Of a stretch of DNA of 64,000 nucleotides, positions 25,255 to 38,619 are shown one piece after another. A program made the translations under genes and the position numbers. The notes under the pieces are model-generated. The model ran no database searches, was not told the DNA's origin, and saw nothing but the letters and a program-made list of their open reading frames with translations. The number at the start of each line of letters is the position of its first letter. Positions within the stretch are counted from its first letter, which is position 1. Origin of the DNA: Octopus vulgaris (lineage: Eukaryota); NCBI GenBank assembly GCA_951406725.2, contig OX597815.1, forward strand, positions 127,100,001 to 127,164,000, written 5' to 3'.

Positions 25255-25909
25255 TTAAAGACTAAAAAGAGTAAAAAACTACAGAAGGCTTGTGTTATAT
25301 GGTTAAAGAATATATTTAAATCGTTATCTTAGAAAAATGTTATAAAATTTTGCGTATAGTAACATAGGTTTTGGAGAAATAACCTGTTTTGTATTTTCTT
25401 TTCAAATTTCTCAAATTTTTTAACCTATATTGTGTCATGTCTTTGCTATGTTGTGAAATATGGAGTTCAGGAATTTTTTCCGGTATAAGGGAGACAATCA
25501 AACATGTTGGGAATGACTAATTTAACATGATCTGGTTTAGAAGGAATAGAATGTTACAGGTGGTTAGGTTTTGCTTTATATTTTTCAATGAGGGGAATTT
25601 CCTTATTTAAAAATGTTAGAAATGGTTAAGTTTTGGCTTATATTTTTCAATTGGCACATTGATAGAATGGAAAGATAATAAATTGTGGTAGTAGTTGCTT
25701 TGAGCATTTCTAGCGAAGACATGACACGATATAGGTAAAGAAATTTGAGAAATTTGAAAAGAAATTACGAAATCGGTTATTTCTCCAAAAACTATGTTGG
25801 TATACGCAAAATTTTATAACATTTTTCTAACATGACGGTTTAAATATATTCTTTAACCATGTAACACAAGCCTTCTGTAGTTTTTTTCACTATTTTTTGT
25901 CTTTTATAC
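25255..25909. repeat. Long inverted repeat (~195 bp arms, ~260 bp spacer) between TA runs
   Basis: 25255-25448 is the reverse complement of 25711-25909 with scattered mismatches. Confidence 0.85.
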
Positions 25910-27269
25910 ATCCAACCACGTTCTTTCACATACCAACTCTCTCACCTATATATATATATATATATACCGGAGTAAACACATAAATGTGAAACAAGGTGGA
26001 AAAAAGACTACGAACAGGAACGTGAAACTCCGAGTAACAGGTTTTGTTGAATTTCTGCTGCTTTTAAATAGTGTATATATATGAGAAGAAAATGGATATA
26101 ATAACAATGGGAAACTCGTGGTTTTTGCTGGTATGCCTTTAATTTAATTAGATAACAAAGAAGGAAGAAGCAGAGATGAAGGTAGCATTTATGATCACTT
26201 CAATTTTCTGGTTTAAGTAAATCTCTTCGGAATGTGAGTATAGATAGATGCATCAGTTAGGATGCGAAAATAATTGATACATATGTGATGGTAAAATAAA
26301 CAAAAGTGGTAATTCATTAAAATATATATATATATATATTTATATATAAACCGTCCAACCCACGCTAGCATGGAAAGCGGACGTTAAACGATGATGATGA
26401 CGAGAAGGAGGAGGATGATGATACGAATTTATCCCTAGCTTGAGTAATGTATGCTCATTTTAACAAGTACTGCATACTATGAGCTTTAAAATGAAAAGAC
26501 AAGTGTTGAAATTATATGCTTATTTTTTAAATTTAAAACAGGTGCTGCAGGAACATTTTTATTTGATCAAGGAGAAAGAGACAGTGGGACAGAAAAAGAT
26601 GATGAGAAACCGCTAGTTTTTGCAATAAGTTACTGAGTAACTGTAAACATACCCTAAATATTTGACTTTACCATTGATTTTAGATAATATTGGTTTAGAA
26701 AATTAGTATGTATAAACATTTCCAAGTCAATATATAACGTTATTTTGTTATTACAATTTTGTATATTTATTTGGGTAATTAATATATATATATATATATA
26801 TATATTTACAACATTTCTAAAAATAGCCCAACAATTACTGCCTTGGCCAGGGTTAAGATACAGGACTCTTGACATGTCCAACAAAGCGTGACGCCTAAAC
26901 CAATCAGCTTAAGTAATTGAGTGATACTACACACTGATTGGTCAGAATACAGTTTGCAAAACCTAGCAATCTGGAGCCCACACAGCTGTATTTAAGGCAC
27001 AGATTCAATCATCTCGCTACAGTCAAAAATTGTGAAGCATGACTGTCACCACTACTTCATGAACATGAAGATTGCAGAATTTAATGCATGAAAGTACTAG
27101 TTCAATCAGAATGAACATTTAACATTCTATTATATTATATTATCTTATATCATTATGAGATTGTAAATAAAATGTGAAAATCAGACAAGGTTGGAATTCC
27201 TTTTATTAATGTATTCTTCTATACACAATCACACACACCCGTATATCTATCTATCTATCTATATATATA

Positions 27270-28330
27270 TAATATTAGGGAATAAATTATTATTCCAACC
27301 TTACAGGTAAAATTCAGTATAATAATATTAGACTGAACTTCGTAATATATAATATGTAATATATGTATATAACTAATTTAGAGACGAATCACCATTCCAC
27401 AACTCAGTGAATGAAGAGCGCGTCCAAAACCATGTTGTGAGACATATACCATACAAAATACTAATCTAAAATGTTAATAATATATACTATTGAACAGTAA
27501 GATTATTACAATCATATAATATTTAAGAGCAAATACTTTTAAAATCACAGCGAATACCATACAAAGAAATATTCATCACAAAAATATTAATCTAAAATCA
27601 AAAATAGTATAAATTGAACAATAAAAATTAATACAATAATATAATGAATAAAAGTAAGTACTTGTACATTGACTACGCGCATTTCATGGCTGAATTAGGA
27701 CTATATAAAATCATATAATAAAACCATATCCAAGTTCATTAGAACGGGAGAATGATTTTACTCCCAGAGATATTATTAGCTGATAGAAATTTAATTAACT
27801 GCCAAGATAAACGTAATATTAAATGTAGGCATAAATTAAATTATTTATATGATAAGTTTAGATGATGTATTGATTTATTAAAATCCATGTAAAGTTACCC
27901 ATTTATAGTTATGATTAGTAGTGTTAAATACATATAATTAGCTTAGAATACACTGTAGACATTACATTATTATATATAATTGGAATAAATAATTACCTTT
28001 TTACTAATAAAGAATTCAACGATAATATGTGTATTGTTACAATGTTTTATAGCATTATTTACGTAATACATAAATTTCGTACGTGTTATAGTTATAATTT
28101 TTGTAGATTTAAAAGTTTTAAGTATTTTAAATTTTCAATAAATAATTTACTTTAGGTAGACCTTTTTTCGATAATTTCGTTATTATTAAAGTAAATTTAA
28201 TATGTATTTATCTCTGGGTAATGAACGCCATATTTATCACGTGACTTTTAGTATAAATGTTAAAGTACTCTTATTTCGGTTTAATCAACAGTAATTCGCC
28301 GGCCGATAAGTCATGTTTTTAAAAATTTAT
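27270..28330 (-). mobile_element. AT-rich degenerate probable Penelope-like element
   Basis: Starts at a (TA)n run; GAAATGCGCGTAG-type terminal motif; composition like 2700-4700. Confidence 0.4.
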
Positions 28331-28440
28331 TCTTAACAATATCCCAGTACTTAACTGGTACTTAATTTATTGACCCTAAAAGGATGACTGGTAAAGTTGA
28401 CCACAGTGGAATTTGAACACAGAACATAGCTACAGGCGAA

Positions 28441-28775
28441 ATAATAATAATAATAATAATAATAATAATTGTGTACAGTGCTCAGGTGCACTACAACTCA
28501 TCTAAAGTGTATATATAATCAGGTGTAGTTTCGGCGGATTTCGGAAAGCATGAGGGCCTTAAAGGATGCAGTGTCATGGCAGTCAACAACTGACGCAGGC
28601 AGTTTATTCCATGCTTCAGCAACTCTGAGCGTGAAAAAATGTTTCCGAAAGTCATGGGAGCTCTGTTGTTTTCTGACTTTGTAGGCATGTCCATGTGTGT
28701 TAGACACATGGAGATCAAAAAGGTGTTCAGTGTTGTTGTTGGTGAGGTGGTTGATAACTTTGTGGGTGTTTACCA
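28441..28775 (-). mobile_element. CR1-clade LINE 3' end with (TTA)n tail
   Basis: NTHGHAYKVRKQ..FRKHFFTLRVAEAWNKLP. Confidence 0.88.
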
Positions 28776-28848
28776 AGTTAAGTGTATGAATAACAATAAG
28801 AAGTTTATTATAATAAAGAACATTCGCATAAGAGATATATTTCCTTAC

Positions 28849-28984
28849 CTGTTGCTGTTCCAACTCCCACAACAGTATTCTGATCTGATACTTCAACTTT
28901 TAGTATGATACGCTCAAATGTTTCTCTGTCTAGTTTTTCCTTTAGAGTAATATTTCCCGTATTGTGATCAATCTCAAAATATGG
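28849..28984 (-). CDS. Cadherin exon I (PYFEIDHNTG...LDRET...VGTAT)
   Basis: Acceptor CATTTCAG, donor GTAAGG, 136 nt, phase 0/1, LDRE motif. Confidence 0.9.
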
Positions 28985-29539
28985 CTGAAATGGATTGCAT
29001 GATTATGATTAGCATTTTCTTTTGGTTTCTATGAATATGATGCCAGGATTTTTTTTAACTCCGAAATAATTATGGGTGAAGTTGGTAGACAAGAACTGAA
29101 AGAAGCTTGTCATGCATGTGTGTGTGTGTATGTTTGCGTGTGAGAATGTGTTTGTGTGTGTGTGACTGTGTCTGTGTGTATCCAATGGCCTTGACATCTC
29201 GTGATGGATGTAAATGAACATATTCTTCAATCTTCCATGGAAACGTAACTGGCCATAGGAAAGTATTACCTTGCTTGGAACAGATGATGGATAGCACTGA
29301 AAAGAGCATCCAGCAGCAGAAAATCTACCACAATGAATTCCATCTGGTTCATGCAAAAATTGGAAAATGGATTTTAAACCAATTAACTGAGCCAATAATA
29401 CCTAATCTGAGAAGGAATTAAATTCTAGATTGTTTACTAACTTCTGTTAAGGCTTTTAAACACAACTCTACTAAATTTGGCCTCTTGAAAAAAAAAACTG
29501 GCCAACAACGGATTCTTGGTCACTTGACGTGGTAGAAAC

Positions 29540-32500
29540 AGTTGGTGCTTTTTACATGCTACCGGCAGGGAAGCCGGTCAAAGCGGAGCTGGCATCGGCC
29601 ACGTTCGGATGGTGCTTTTTATGTGCCACCGGCATGGGTATCACAACTACAATTTCCATTTGATATTTATTTTGATGTTGATGTACTTAACTCAATAGGT
29701 CTCCTCAAATACAGCAGGTCACCCTGCGATCCAAGGTAAGCGCAGCAGGCCGTCCTGCGATCCAAAGTACTTTGGATGGGCTGGGGTTGTTATGTGAAGC
29801 TGGTGGAGGAAACAGTCATGAACTCACGTTATTTGTCAGATCTTCGCAGTCATAGCATATCTCCAGAGATCTCGGTCTTTCGTTATTGCCTCTGTGGGGC
29901 CCAATGTTCGATGGTCATGCTTCACCACTTCATCCCATTTCTTCCTGGGTCTACCTCTACACCGGATTCCTTCAACTGTTTGGGAGTGGCACTTCTTCAC
30001 ACAACTCTCCTCATCCATCCGTAGTACATGACCATACCAGCGCAAACGTCTCTCTTACACACCAGATCTGATGCTTCTTATGTCCAACATTTCTCTCAGG
30101 GCGCTTACACTCTGTCATGTATACACACTGACATTACACATCCAGCAGATCATGCTAGCTTCATTTCTTTTAAGCCTACGCATGTCCTCTGCAGCCACAG
30201 CCCATGTTTCACTGCCATGAAGCATGGCAGCTCACACACATGCGTTGTACAATATACCTTTCACTCTGAGTGAGAGACCCTTTGTCACCAGTAGGGGTAG
30301 AAGCTTTCTAAACTTTGCCCAGGCTATTCTTTTTCTAGTGGTGACACTCTCTAAGCATCTACCCCACTACTAACTTAGTGACCTAGATAGCAGAAGCTAT
30401 CAACTACTTCTAGTTTCTCCCCCTGGAGTGTGATGGAATCTGTTTTCTAAGTATCTGTGGTGTCTAATTGCCCCTGTGCATCAGCTGCACATGAAAGCTA
30501 TCTTGTGTGTTAATTTTCCTTTGATGTTGCTGCACCTCTTATGTGTCCATAGCTTACACTGGGTGCATCTTATGGAGTTTCTACCTACACCTTTCCTACA
30601 GATCGAGCAGGGCCACCTGCCCGAGGGTGTGTGTGCTGAGTTCGCCTTTCTGCTTACTATAACTTTGGTCTTTGCTACATTTACTCTAAGGCCCTTTGAT
30701 TCTAAACCTTGCTTCTACACCCGAAATTTCTTTTCTAGTTCCGGTAGTGATTCTGCTATGAGGGCCAGGTCATCAGCATAGAGGAGCTCCCAGGGGCAAC
30801 CCATCTTGAATTCAATTGTTATTGCCTGGAGGACTATGATGAATAAAAGGGGACTGAGGGCTGAACCTTGGCGGACCCCTACTTCTACCCAGAATTCTTC
30901 ACTATACTCATTGCCAATCCTAACCTTACTAATGGCCCCTCTGTATAGACCCTGTACAGCCCTTATTAACCATTCGTCAATCTCCAGTTTCCGCATCGCC
31001 CACCAGATAATGGATTGGGGGACCCTGTCAAAGACTTTCTCCAAGTTCACAAAAGCGAAGTACAGGAGTTTATCTTTAGCTAGGTATTTCTTCTGCAGTG
31101 GTCGAACCAGGAATATGGCATCAGTAGTGCTTCTACCCGGCACAAAACCGAACCGCATCTCATCTAAGCATACTCTCTCCCTAATGAGATGGGCTATGAC
31201 CCTCTCCGTGAACTTCATCACCTGATCCAGCAGTTTGATACCCCTGTAGTTATTTCTATCTAGAGCACCCCCTTTACCCTTGTAGCAACTGACTATGGTG
31301 CTGCTATGCCAGTCATTGGGTATAATTCCATTATGAACTACCTGGTTTACAATGCGGGTGTCTAGGCCATAGCCCACATAACCAGCTGTTTTAAGCATCT
31401 CAGCAGTGATTCCTGATGGACCGGGGGCTTTTCCTGGTTTCATACCCTTAATTGCTTTATCTACTAGGGAGCTGTCTATTGGGATAGCTGGTCCCTCTAC
31501 TGGGTCAACATTAGGCAGGCTCTTCTCCTCCCATTCATTCTCCACATTCAGCAGTCTTTCATAAAACATTAAAAGTAAGTGCACCATCATCCATGCGGAC
31601 GCATTTCTCTCCTGTGACATCACAATTTTCTCTCATACACTGTTTAACAATCCGAAATACCTCAGTTCTTTGGTCCTCACGTCGCTGGACATTGGCAAAC
31701 TTCTTTTCCACTTTGCCCTGGCTATGTATACCGCCCGGCCTCCCTTTTGGCTACCTGGTACAGTTCCATGCTACCCCCACCCTTCCAGGGCTTCCAGGCA
31801 TGTTTCTTTGCTCTAATGGCTTTGTCTACCGTACTATTCCACCACCACGTAACTCTAGGTGTGGAAGGGACTTTGCACCATCCACAGACTTGGTCTGTGG
31901 CACTCAGCAAGCTGTCCCATAGAAATTTCGAGTTACCTTCTATGTCCGACGTCTGTAGCTCTTCCTCCCTCTCTTTAAATTTCTTGATGATGATCTCCCT
32001 AAATCTCTGACCATGTGAAGGGTTCTTTAGCTTCCAAATCCTTCTTTTCTGGATTGGTCTGCTTCTTTGTATCCTTCTGGCCTCGATCCTAAAGTCACTA
32101 ATGACCAGCCTACGTTGGGGGGTACATTCTTCACCTGGGAGGGTCTTTGTATTTAAGAGCAACCTTGCGTCCCGCTGTCTGGTGAGGATGAAATCAATCT
32201 GGCTAGCAAAGTCCCCTGATTGATAGGTTATAAGGTGGCTGTCTGGCTTCCTGAAGTTAGTACTGCAGATTAAAAAGTTACATGCATCACAGAACTCCAG
32301 TAGCCTAGTTCCCTCATTATTTCGGGTGCCAATACTATGGCTACAGCGTACCCCAGTGAAGATATCAGATTCTTGCCCAACATGCCCATTAAAGTCTCTA
32401 GCCTCAAAGATGAGGTCATTGCCACTCGTCTTTGAGGTAGCCTGTAGAAGGGTATCATAAAAGTGATCCTTCTGATCATTTGGTAGCCCTGAATGTGGGG

Positions 32501-32645
32501 CATAGGCGGAGATAATTGTAGCTGTACTGTTCTGCAGGACTAGCCTGAGCTTAAGCACTCTATCACATACCCTGACAACCTCTATGACCTTATCTACTCA
32601 TTTCTCTGCCAGGAGTATGCCAACACCCCCTACACCATCCACCTT
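29540..32645 (-). mobile_element. RTE-clade LINE, near-complete APE-RT ORF with disablements
   Basis: APE motifs IISAYAP, DFNGHVG, SQIDFIL; RT motifs NYRGIKLL, FGFVPGRSTTDAIF, GVRQGSALSP, YADD; C-terminal WYGHVLRM..RGRP. Confidence 0.93.
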
Positions 32646-32879
32646 CTGTATAAAAGATAAACTGGGACTAAATAACAAGAACAACAACTAACACCTTTTA
32701 CCTTCACAGTCAAGTGATTAATATTAGAATTGTCATTGGGCTGTAAAATACACTCCAACTATGCAAGTGTTTTGAATTTGAAAAATATAAAAATTAGTGA
32801 GAAGTAGGCCATAAAAACTTTGCTAAACATTCTGAAAAACAAGTTCTATTTCAAGCAAAAAAATCCAAAAATGTCTTAC

Positions 32880-33316
32880 CACGATAGTATTTTTATTGAC
32901 TTCTCTTCCTTTTCCATTTATTTCAATTGTCTCTTGTGAAATATTGAAAATCAGCTTACTATTCAAGTCCTTGTCTGTAGCATTTATTGAAGTAATATAA
33001 GAATTAATGGTTATGTTTTCATAAAGTTCTATATTTGTTTTACCCAGTATCAGTTCTGGTGTTTCATCATTAACGTCTTCTACAATGACATTTACTTCAG
33101 TAGTGGCTGTTTTAGATGGAGTTCCTCCGTCAGTGGCAAGAACGGTGAGATTGTAAAAGGATTTATCTTCACGGTTTAATTTACTGCTGAGAAAAATACT
33201 TCCATCCTCTGAATTTATGCGAAAGACACTGGTTTGTGTTTTTAGACGGAAGTTCACCCGATTGAATGGACTTGTCTTATCATTATCTTTTGCAGTAATG
33301 TTTAAAAGCCAACTAT
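32880..33316 (-). CDS. Cadherin exon H (SWLLNITAKDND...DVNDETP...GREVNKNTIV)
   Basis: Acceptor CCTTGCAG, donor GTAAGA, 437 nt, phase 1/0; inside ORF 32823..33368. Confidence 0.92.
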
Positions 33317-34628
33317 CTGCAAGGAATATAATTAGAGAATATAAGAAGACAATTTTTACATGTTTCATTTACTAGATGTTACAATGGACTGATATTGTAA
33401 ACCTTCTTTTCACAGAGTTAACAATTTGTACCTTGTTACTGACATTATGCTGTCTCCATGGCGAAGACAGATAACACTTGCTTATGCAGTCTACCGGGAT
33501 GTCAATAGATATTATATGCAGCAGTACCTATTGATGAATGTTTCACCTATAACAAAATAACTGGCTTCTAGCAAAGCCACAAATATAATGAGAAGAAACA
33601 ATCAAAGGGATCTAACTAAATACCATAAGGCCTTTATTTGACACCCTGCCAGTTTTGTAACATAACCATCTTTATTAGATAATTGGTGATTGTTTCATTC
33701 ACTTAAAAGCATGGAAGGTAGACACTACCATGAGCATAGCTTGGAAATAACTGATTAGTAGAAGTGTATACTGTGATAGTTGCATTGGGTTGCTGATCTG
33801 ATGTCTTGATATGTGTATAGAACGCTCAAAGGAAGCCTCGTGCAACCAAATGGAAATCATATGATGAGAAATGAGAGAGCTAGCAGCCATAAAAAGGAGT
33901 GTTATAGGACAACATGGATCTTTGTAGATTTCATCACTGTCTACAATCTTGTTCCAATTATTTTCAAATTTGGTATATGGATTAAATTTTGTATACTAAT
34001 TATGAAAATGATATTCATTTTCCCTATAAATCCATAATTAAAAAGTTATTAGCTTCTAAAATTTGCAAAATTTGTTTATTTTAGTCTACCAGAAGTGAGT
34101 ATTTTACACATGACCATGGTGAAGAACTGTGTTTCCATAGTACCGAAAGCAAAGAAGCACTAAGTGTTCCATAGCTGATTGCAAAGTACTTTGTTTCCAT
34201 AGTAAGTAATGATGGTGCATGTGTGCACAAGGAGTTTATTTTCGTAACAGAAGGAATTCATTTCTAGACTGATATAGAGATTTTAGAACAGTAACAAGAT
34301 GGCCGCAACTTTCGTTCTTGAATTTTTTAACTAATAAATGTCTGTTTTAAGCAATGTTTTGACAGTTATTTCTAGCAACTCATGTTGGTTTGTTCACAAT
34401 TTTAAAATATTTAATTTGCTCGAGAATGATTTAATGTTTTTACTGTTTTCACTGTTAACTCTGCTTGTGTATATTTTAATGTTTTGACTCTTATTTCTAG
34501 CAAGTCCTGTTGGTCTGTTCATAGCTTTGAAATATTCAATTTGCTCGCATATGTTTTAATGCTTTAATGTTTTAATGTTTACTGTAGCTACTTTAATGTC
34601 TTGACATGCTCCCCACCCCACCCCATGC

Positions 34629-34788
34629 TACAGGTGTGCAAAATTTGATAATTTTTCAGAATTTTCAGCCAATCAGTAAACAGTGTGTTCACTATCTCTT
34701 CCATCATTAGATATGGAAGAAATAGTGAACACACTGTTTACTGATTGGCTGAAAATTCTGAAAAATTATCAAATTTTGCACACCTGTA
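34629..34788. mobile_element. 160-bp palindromic MITE-like element (Tc1/mariner-like TA-CAGG...CCTG-TA)
   Basis: 67-bp perfect arms (34629-34695 and 34722-34788), one mismatch, 8 more pairs, 8-nt loop. Confidence 0.85.
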
Positions 34789-35019
34789 ACATTTTCACAA
34801 AATTTTTCTGGAATAAATTAATAAAAAATTCAGATTCAGCCTCAAAAATACTTCTATATGATACATTAGAAGATTTTTTTTAAAGATTTCGACATGCTGT
34901 GATGGAAAACACAAAGAACTGAGAACACTACTAGAAACAGTACAGCGGGATTCTCGAAAAGTGAGCTGTGTAAATTGCAGTTATGAACATTCAACATTTG
35001 TCTTATAAGAGTGAAACAT

Positions 35020-37130
35020 AACACATTGTGATGAGGATGACAACTGGAAAACATTCAAACTTGAACAACTTGGAGGAAGCTAGAGCCTGGCTGATACAGT
35101 TTGAAGCAAAAATTTAATGCAATGACATTGAAGATGTTAAAAAGAAGCCAACATTTCTTTCTAACTGTGGAGCCATAATGAAGTTAAAGAATGTTCTTTT
35201 CCCAGTAACCCTTCAGAATGCAACATACCAACAAACAATGAATGCATTGCAACAACTAGTGAAGCCAAAGGAGAAACTGTTAATTGCAGAAAGATTAAAA
35301 TTATTGGAACTGAAGCAACTGGAAAATGAGTCAACCAATAACTCCCTTCTTTGGATTAATTTTCAAGCTTCTTTCTGCCATTTGAATAGGTTGATAGAAA
35401 ATCCAGAAGAAGAGATCATGTAACTCATTTTCATTGCGGGGTTATTGTCAGCAGAGGTAAAGTTAGAAATTTTGAATCAGTTACAGTTAGAGTCAGGGTT
35501 AGGTTCAGTCTAAAATGAAATACACTGAAAGAACTGCTCTTACATCCACCATAGAATCAGAAACACTGTTTGTGAGTAGTTGACAAACAATAACAAACTT
35601 TAATGTCAACAAGAATACCCCCATGGTAGTAGTAGGATTCATAGAAGAAGTTTCGTGAGAATAATGAATTCACAAGCGGTCCCCGACATCCTGCATGCAT
35701 ATCCCAAGTGACGGGACGCCCTGTTTGCCACGGAGTCTCTACAGACACAGGGATAGATCGAATTCGAAGCTGCCTGTTGCTGATCAGACGCCTCTTGGAA
35801 TTTTCACCAGAGCCCCATTGCCCAGGCTGTGGCCCTAATACCACTCGGTGCCAGACCAATCTGCCTTGGGTTTCCCACCCAGGAACCAAAGTTCCCGACA
35901 GCATAGCTCTGACACTGCCCGTTTACACCACCCTACCGCTTTGAGGAGGGGTTGGACTTTAAGGTTGGCCTATGCAGATGACATCACACGCTTGGGCTCT
36001 AACCAGGCAGATGTCCAAGATACTCTCAAAAGGGTGCATGCGGTAGAAGCTGCTGTTGGTCTTCAGATCAATGCTGGCAAAACCAAAGTGATGATGTCTC
36101 TGGTCGCAGCAGATGACTGGTAGCCAATCGTTTGTGAGGGTGTGGAGCTGGAGGATGTGGTTCCAAAGGGCTAGGGCGCAGCTGAGGTCGAGCAACGCAT
36201 AGGTGCTGCCAGATCCACATTCGTGCACCTCCAGTGGTGCCTGTGGGACAGAAGAGAGATCTCCTCGGTGACCAAAGGGCAAATCTACCAGGCCATCGTT
36301 CGTACTAACCTCCTCTATGGTTGTGAAACATGGCCTATGAGGGTAGTCGATCAGCAAAGACTGGAGGTGTTCGAAAATGACTGTCTCTGCCGCATTCTTT
36401 ACTGCCAACGCATTGATCAGGTTCCTACAGCCAGTCTTCATCATCGCCTGAATCTCCAGCCCCTCCCTGTGGTGCTTCTACAATGGCATTTAGGGTGGTT
36501 CAGTTATGCAGTCCAGAGGGTGAGATAATTTGTGATGTCCTCCTCCCACATCCACTTCCCAACTGGTGCAAATGCACAGGCAGGCAGCTGAAGACCTTGG
36601 CAATGACGATAAAGGAGGACCTCTCCGAACTCTCAGGTCTTCTGGTGGTCAGTCTGCACAGATGGAACTGTGAATGGCTCACTATCTCCAGTGATCTCGC
36701 ACAGGACCGTCAAGTGTGGGCTGCCATGGTTCGTGATGCCGTCAGGACCAGAGAAGAAGCCGGCTCAACCCACCCAGGGTGAAAGCCATCACAAGTACAA
36801 AGTACTAGTAAATAAGAATACCCCCAGTAGCAGTCATGACATTATAGTGAAATGTCAAAATTGTGGGCATAGACACAAAGTTCATGCATGTCCAGCATAT
36901 GGGAAAAATTATAATAAATGTGGTAAATTAGGGCATTTTACAAGATTTTGCCAATACAGAAATGATTGCTGTATGGACAAAATAAATGTATCTCTGAGCA
37001 AGACTGGATCTGTCAACAGTTTGTTGCTAAACGTGAACAACAATGCGAGTGCAAATAACATGGGTTTTTGCAAGTGCTTTATAAATAACAGAGGCATAAG
37101 ATATGAAAGTGGATACTGGGGCAGCTTGTT
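35020..37130 (+). mobile_element. Ty3/Gypsy gag-protease remnant split by a LINE
   Basis: PTFLSNCG..KLLIAERLK..KQ..ES; after the LINE, CQNCG..H..CPAYGK..CGKLGHFTRFC and MKVDTGA. Confidence 0.78.
35675..36805 (+). mobile_element. RTE-clade LINE insertion with an inverted 5' segment
   Basis: 35955-36805 plus strand: LAYADD, GLQINAGKTK, LLYGCETW, CAAGTA-type tail. 35675-35945 is GC-rich and reads as 5' UTR/APE start on the minus strand. Confidence 0.75.
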
Positions 37131-38619
37131 TGATAGGTTCCATTATCATTTGCTCTTAGTATTGCTAATCCTCTCCCCTTTCATCCTCTCTGCTAGTCAT
37201 AGTACTATCACTCTGTTTCTGCCATCATACTCTTGCTTCTTTTACCCACTCATCCTGGTTCTTCTGTTATCACTTTTTCTCCTATCAGCCTTGGTCACAT
37301 TGCCTAGAACGAATGGTGATACAGTAGAGTAGCAAGGATTCAAAGTATCTTGAAGAGGCACAAGACAGACTCACTACTGCTGGTGTCACAATATTATGCA
37401 CCCAGAAAATTCAGTGAAATGGGTGGTAAACAAGTGGAGACAATAAACAGTTGAGAAGACAACTTCTCTAATGTTGATGCCATGAAAAAATGCACCAACT
37501 ACACTTTGTAAAGCACTTGGTGTTAGAAAAGGCATCCATCCACAAAGACTATGTCAAATATAGAACACTTGAGTGAAATGTAGAGGATAATAATTCTGGA
37601 TTAGAAGTGACAGGAATCAGAACAACCTGGATGACAATCAGAGAATTTGAATTTTAAATTTCATGGAGATAAAATTCAGTGTTTGTATAATTAATGGTAC
37701 ATACTTCCCAGTCAGATTATACATAAACTACAAATGTGCAGAATTAATTATCTAGTGGCACAGATTTTATATTTTTCTTGTGTGTCAATCAAAGTACTGC
37801 ACTAAGATTAACACATCTAACTTCAACTACAATCACCATGACGTTATCATCAACATAAGACGACATAACAGTCTACTTCAAGCAGAATATCTCACTAAAA
37901 TACCCATTTTCAGTTGTAATAAGTTCAGAAACAATGCATATAGAAATGGTAATCATTTACTGCTCTAACACATTCGTTTTGTAATTGGAACAGTGCCACA
38001 AGCTTCCTGAATTAGTGAATCAAATCAAATTTCATCACAACAAAGATATATTAAGAATTGTTCCATGTGCCTATTTCATACAGAATGATGTTCAAAATAA
38101 ATTGAAGGAAGGTTTCAGTAGTAACCCAATGACCTACTCAGGGTTACAGATTGTTATTAATACTTTCTTACATAAAGAAATTAAAAATATTATGACCTTA
38201 TTGTCACTTAATATTTAAAATTCAAAAGGGCAATGAATTAGCAGAAACAATAGATTGTCAAACAGAATTCTAATAAGGATATGGGCACACTGTTAAGATT
38301 TCCAGACTGAGTTCAAAACCTTATAGCCAGATGGCTACATGGTTAAGAAGCTGATTTGTAATCACATAATTCCAAATTCATTTAAGCTGATTCTCTTACT
38401 AACTGTGTTAGTATTTGTTTCCATTATCTTCATAACCTAATTTATCTGTTAGAAGCTTCTGTAGTTACTTCTTCCCAAAGCATCTCCTTTGTCATTGTAC
38501 CAGATGATAATAACTATATAGCTATGCCAGTTACTGGGTATGACACCTCCCTTTATAACCTGGTTGATTGTGTAAGTGACTAGCTTGAGCCACACTTCAC
38601 CAGGAAGGGTCTCTATATG

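Noticed and set aside
36670-37332. 220-aa ORF with zinc knuckles and a hydrophobic tail as a host gene
   Set aside because: Chance fusion of LINE tail, Gypsy gag knuckles and low-complexity flank.
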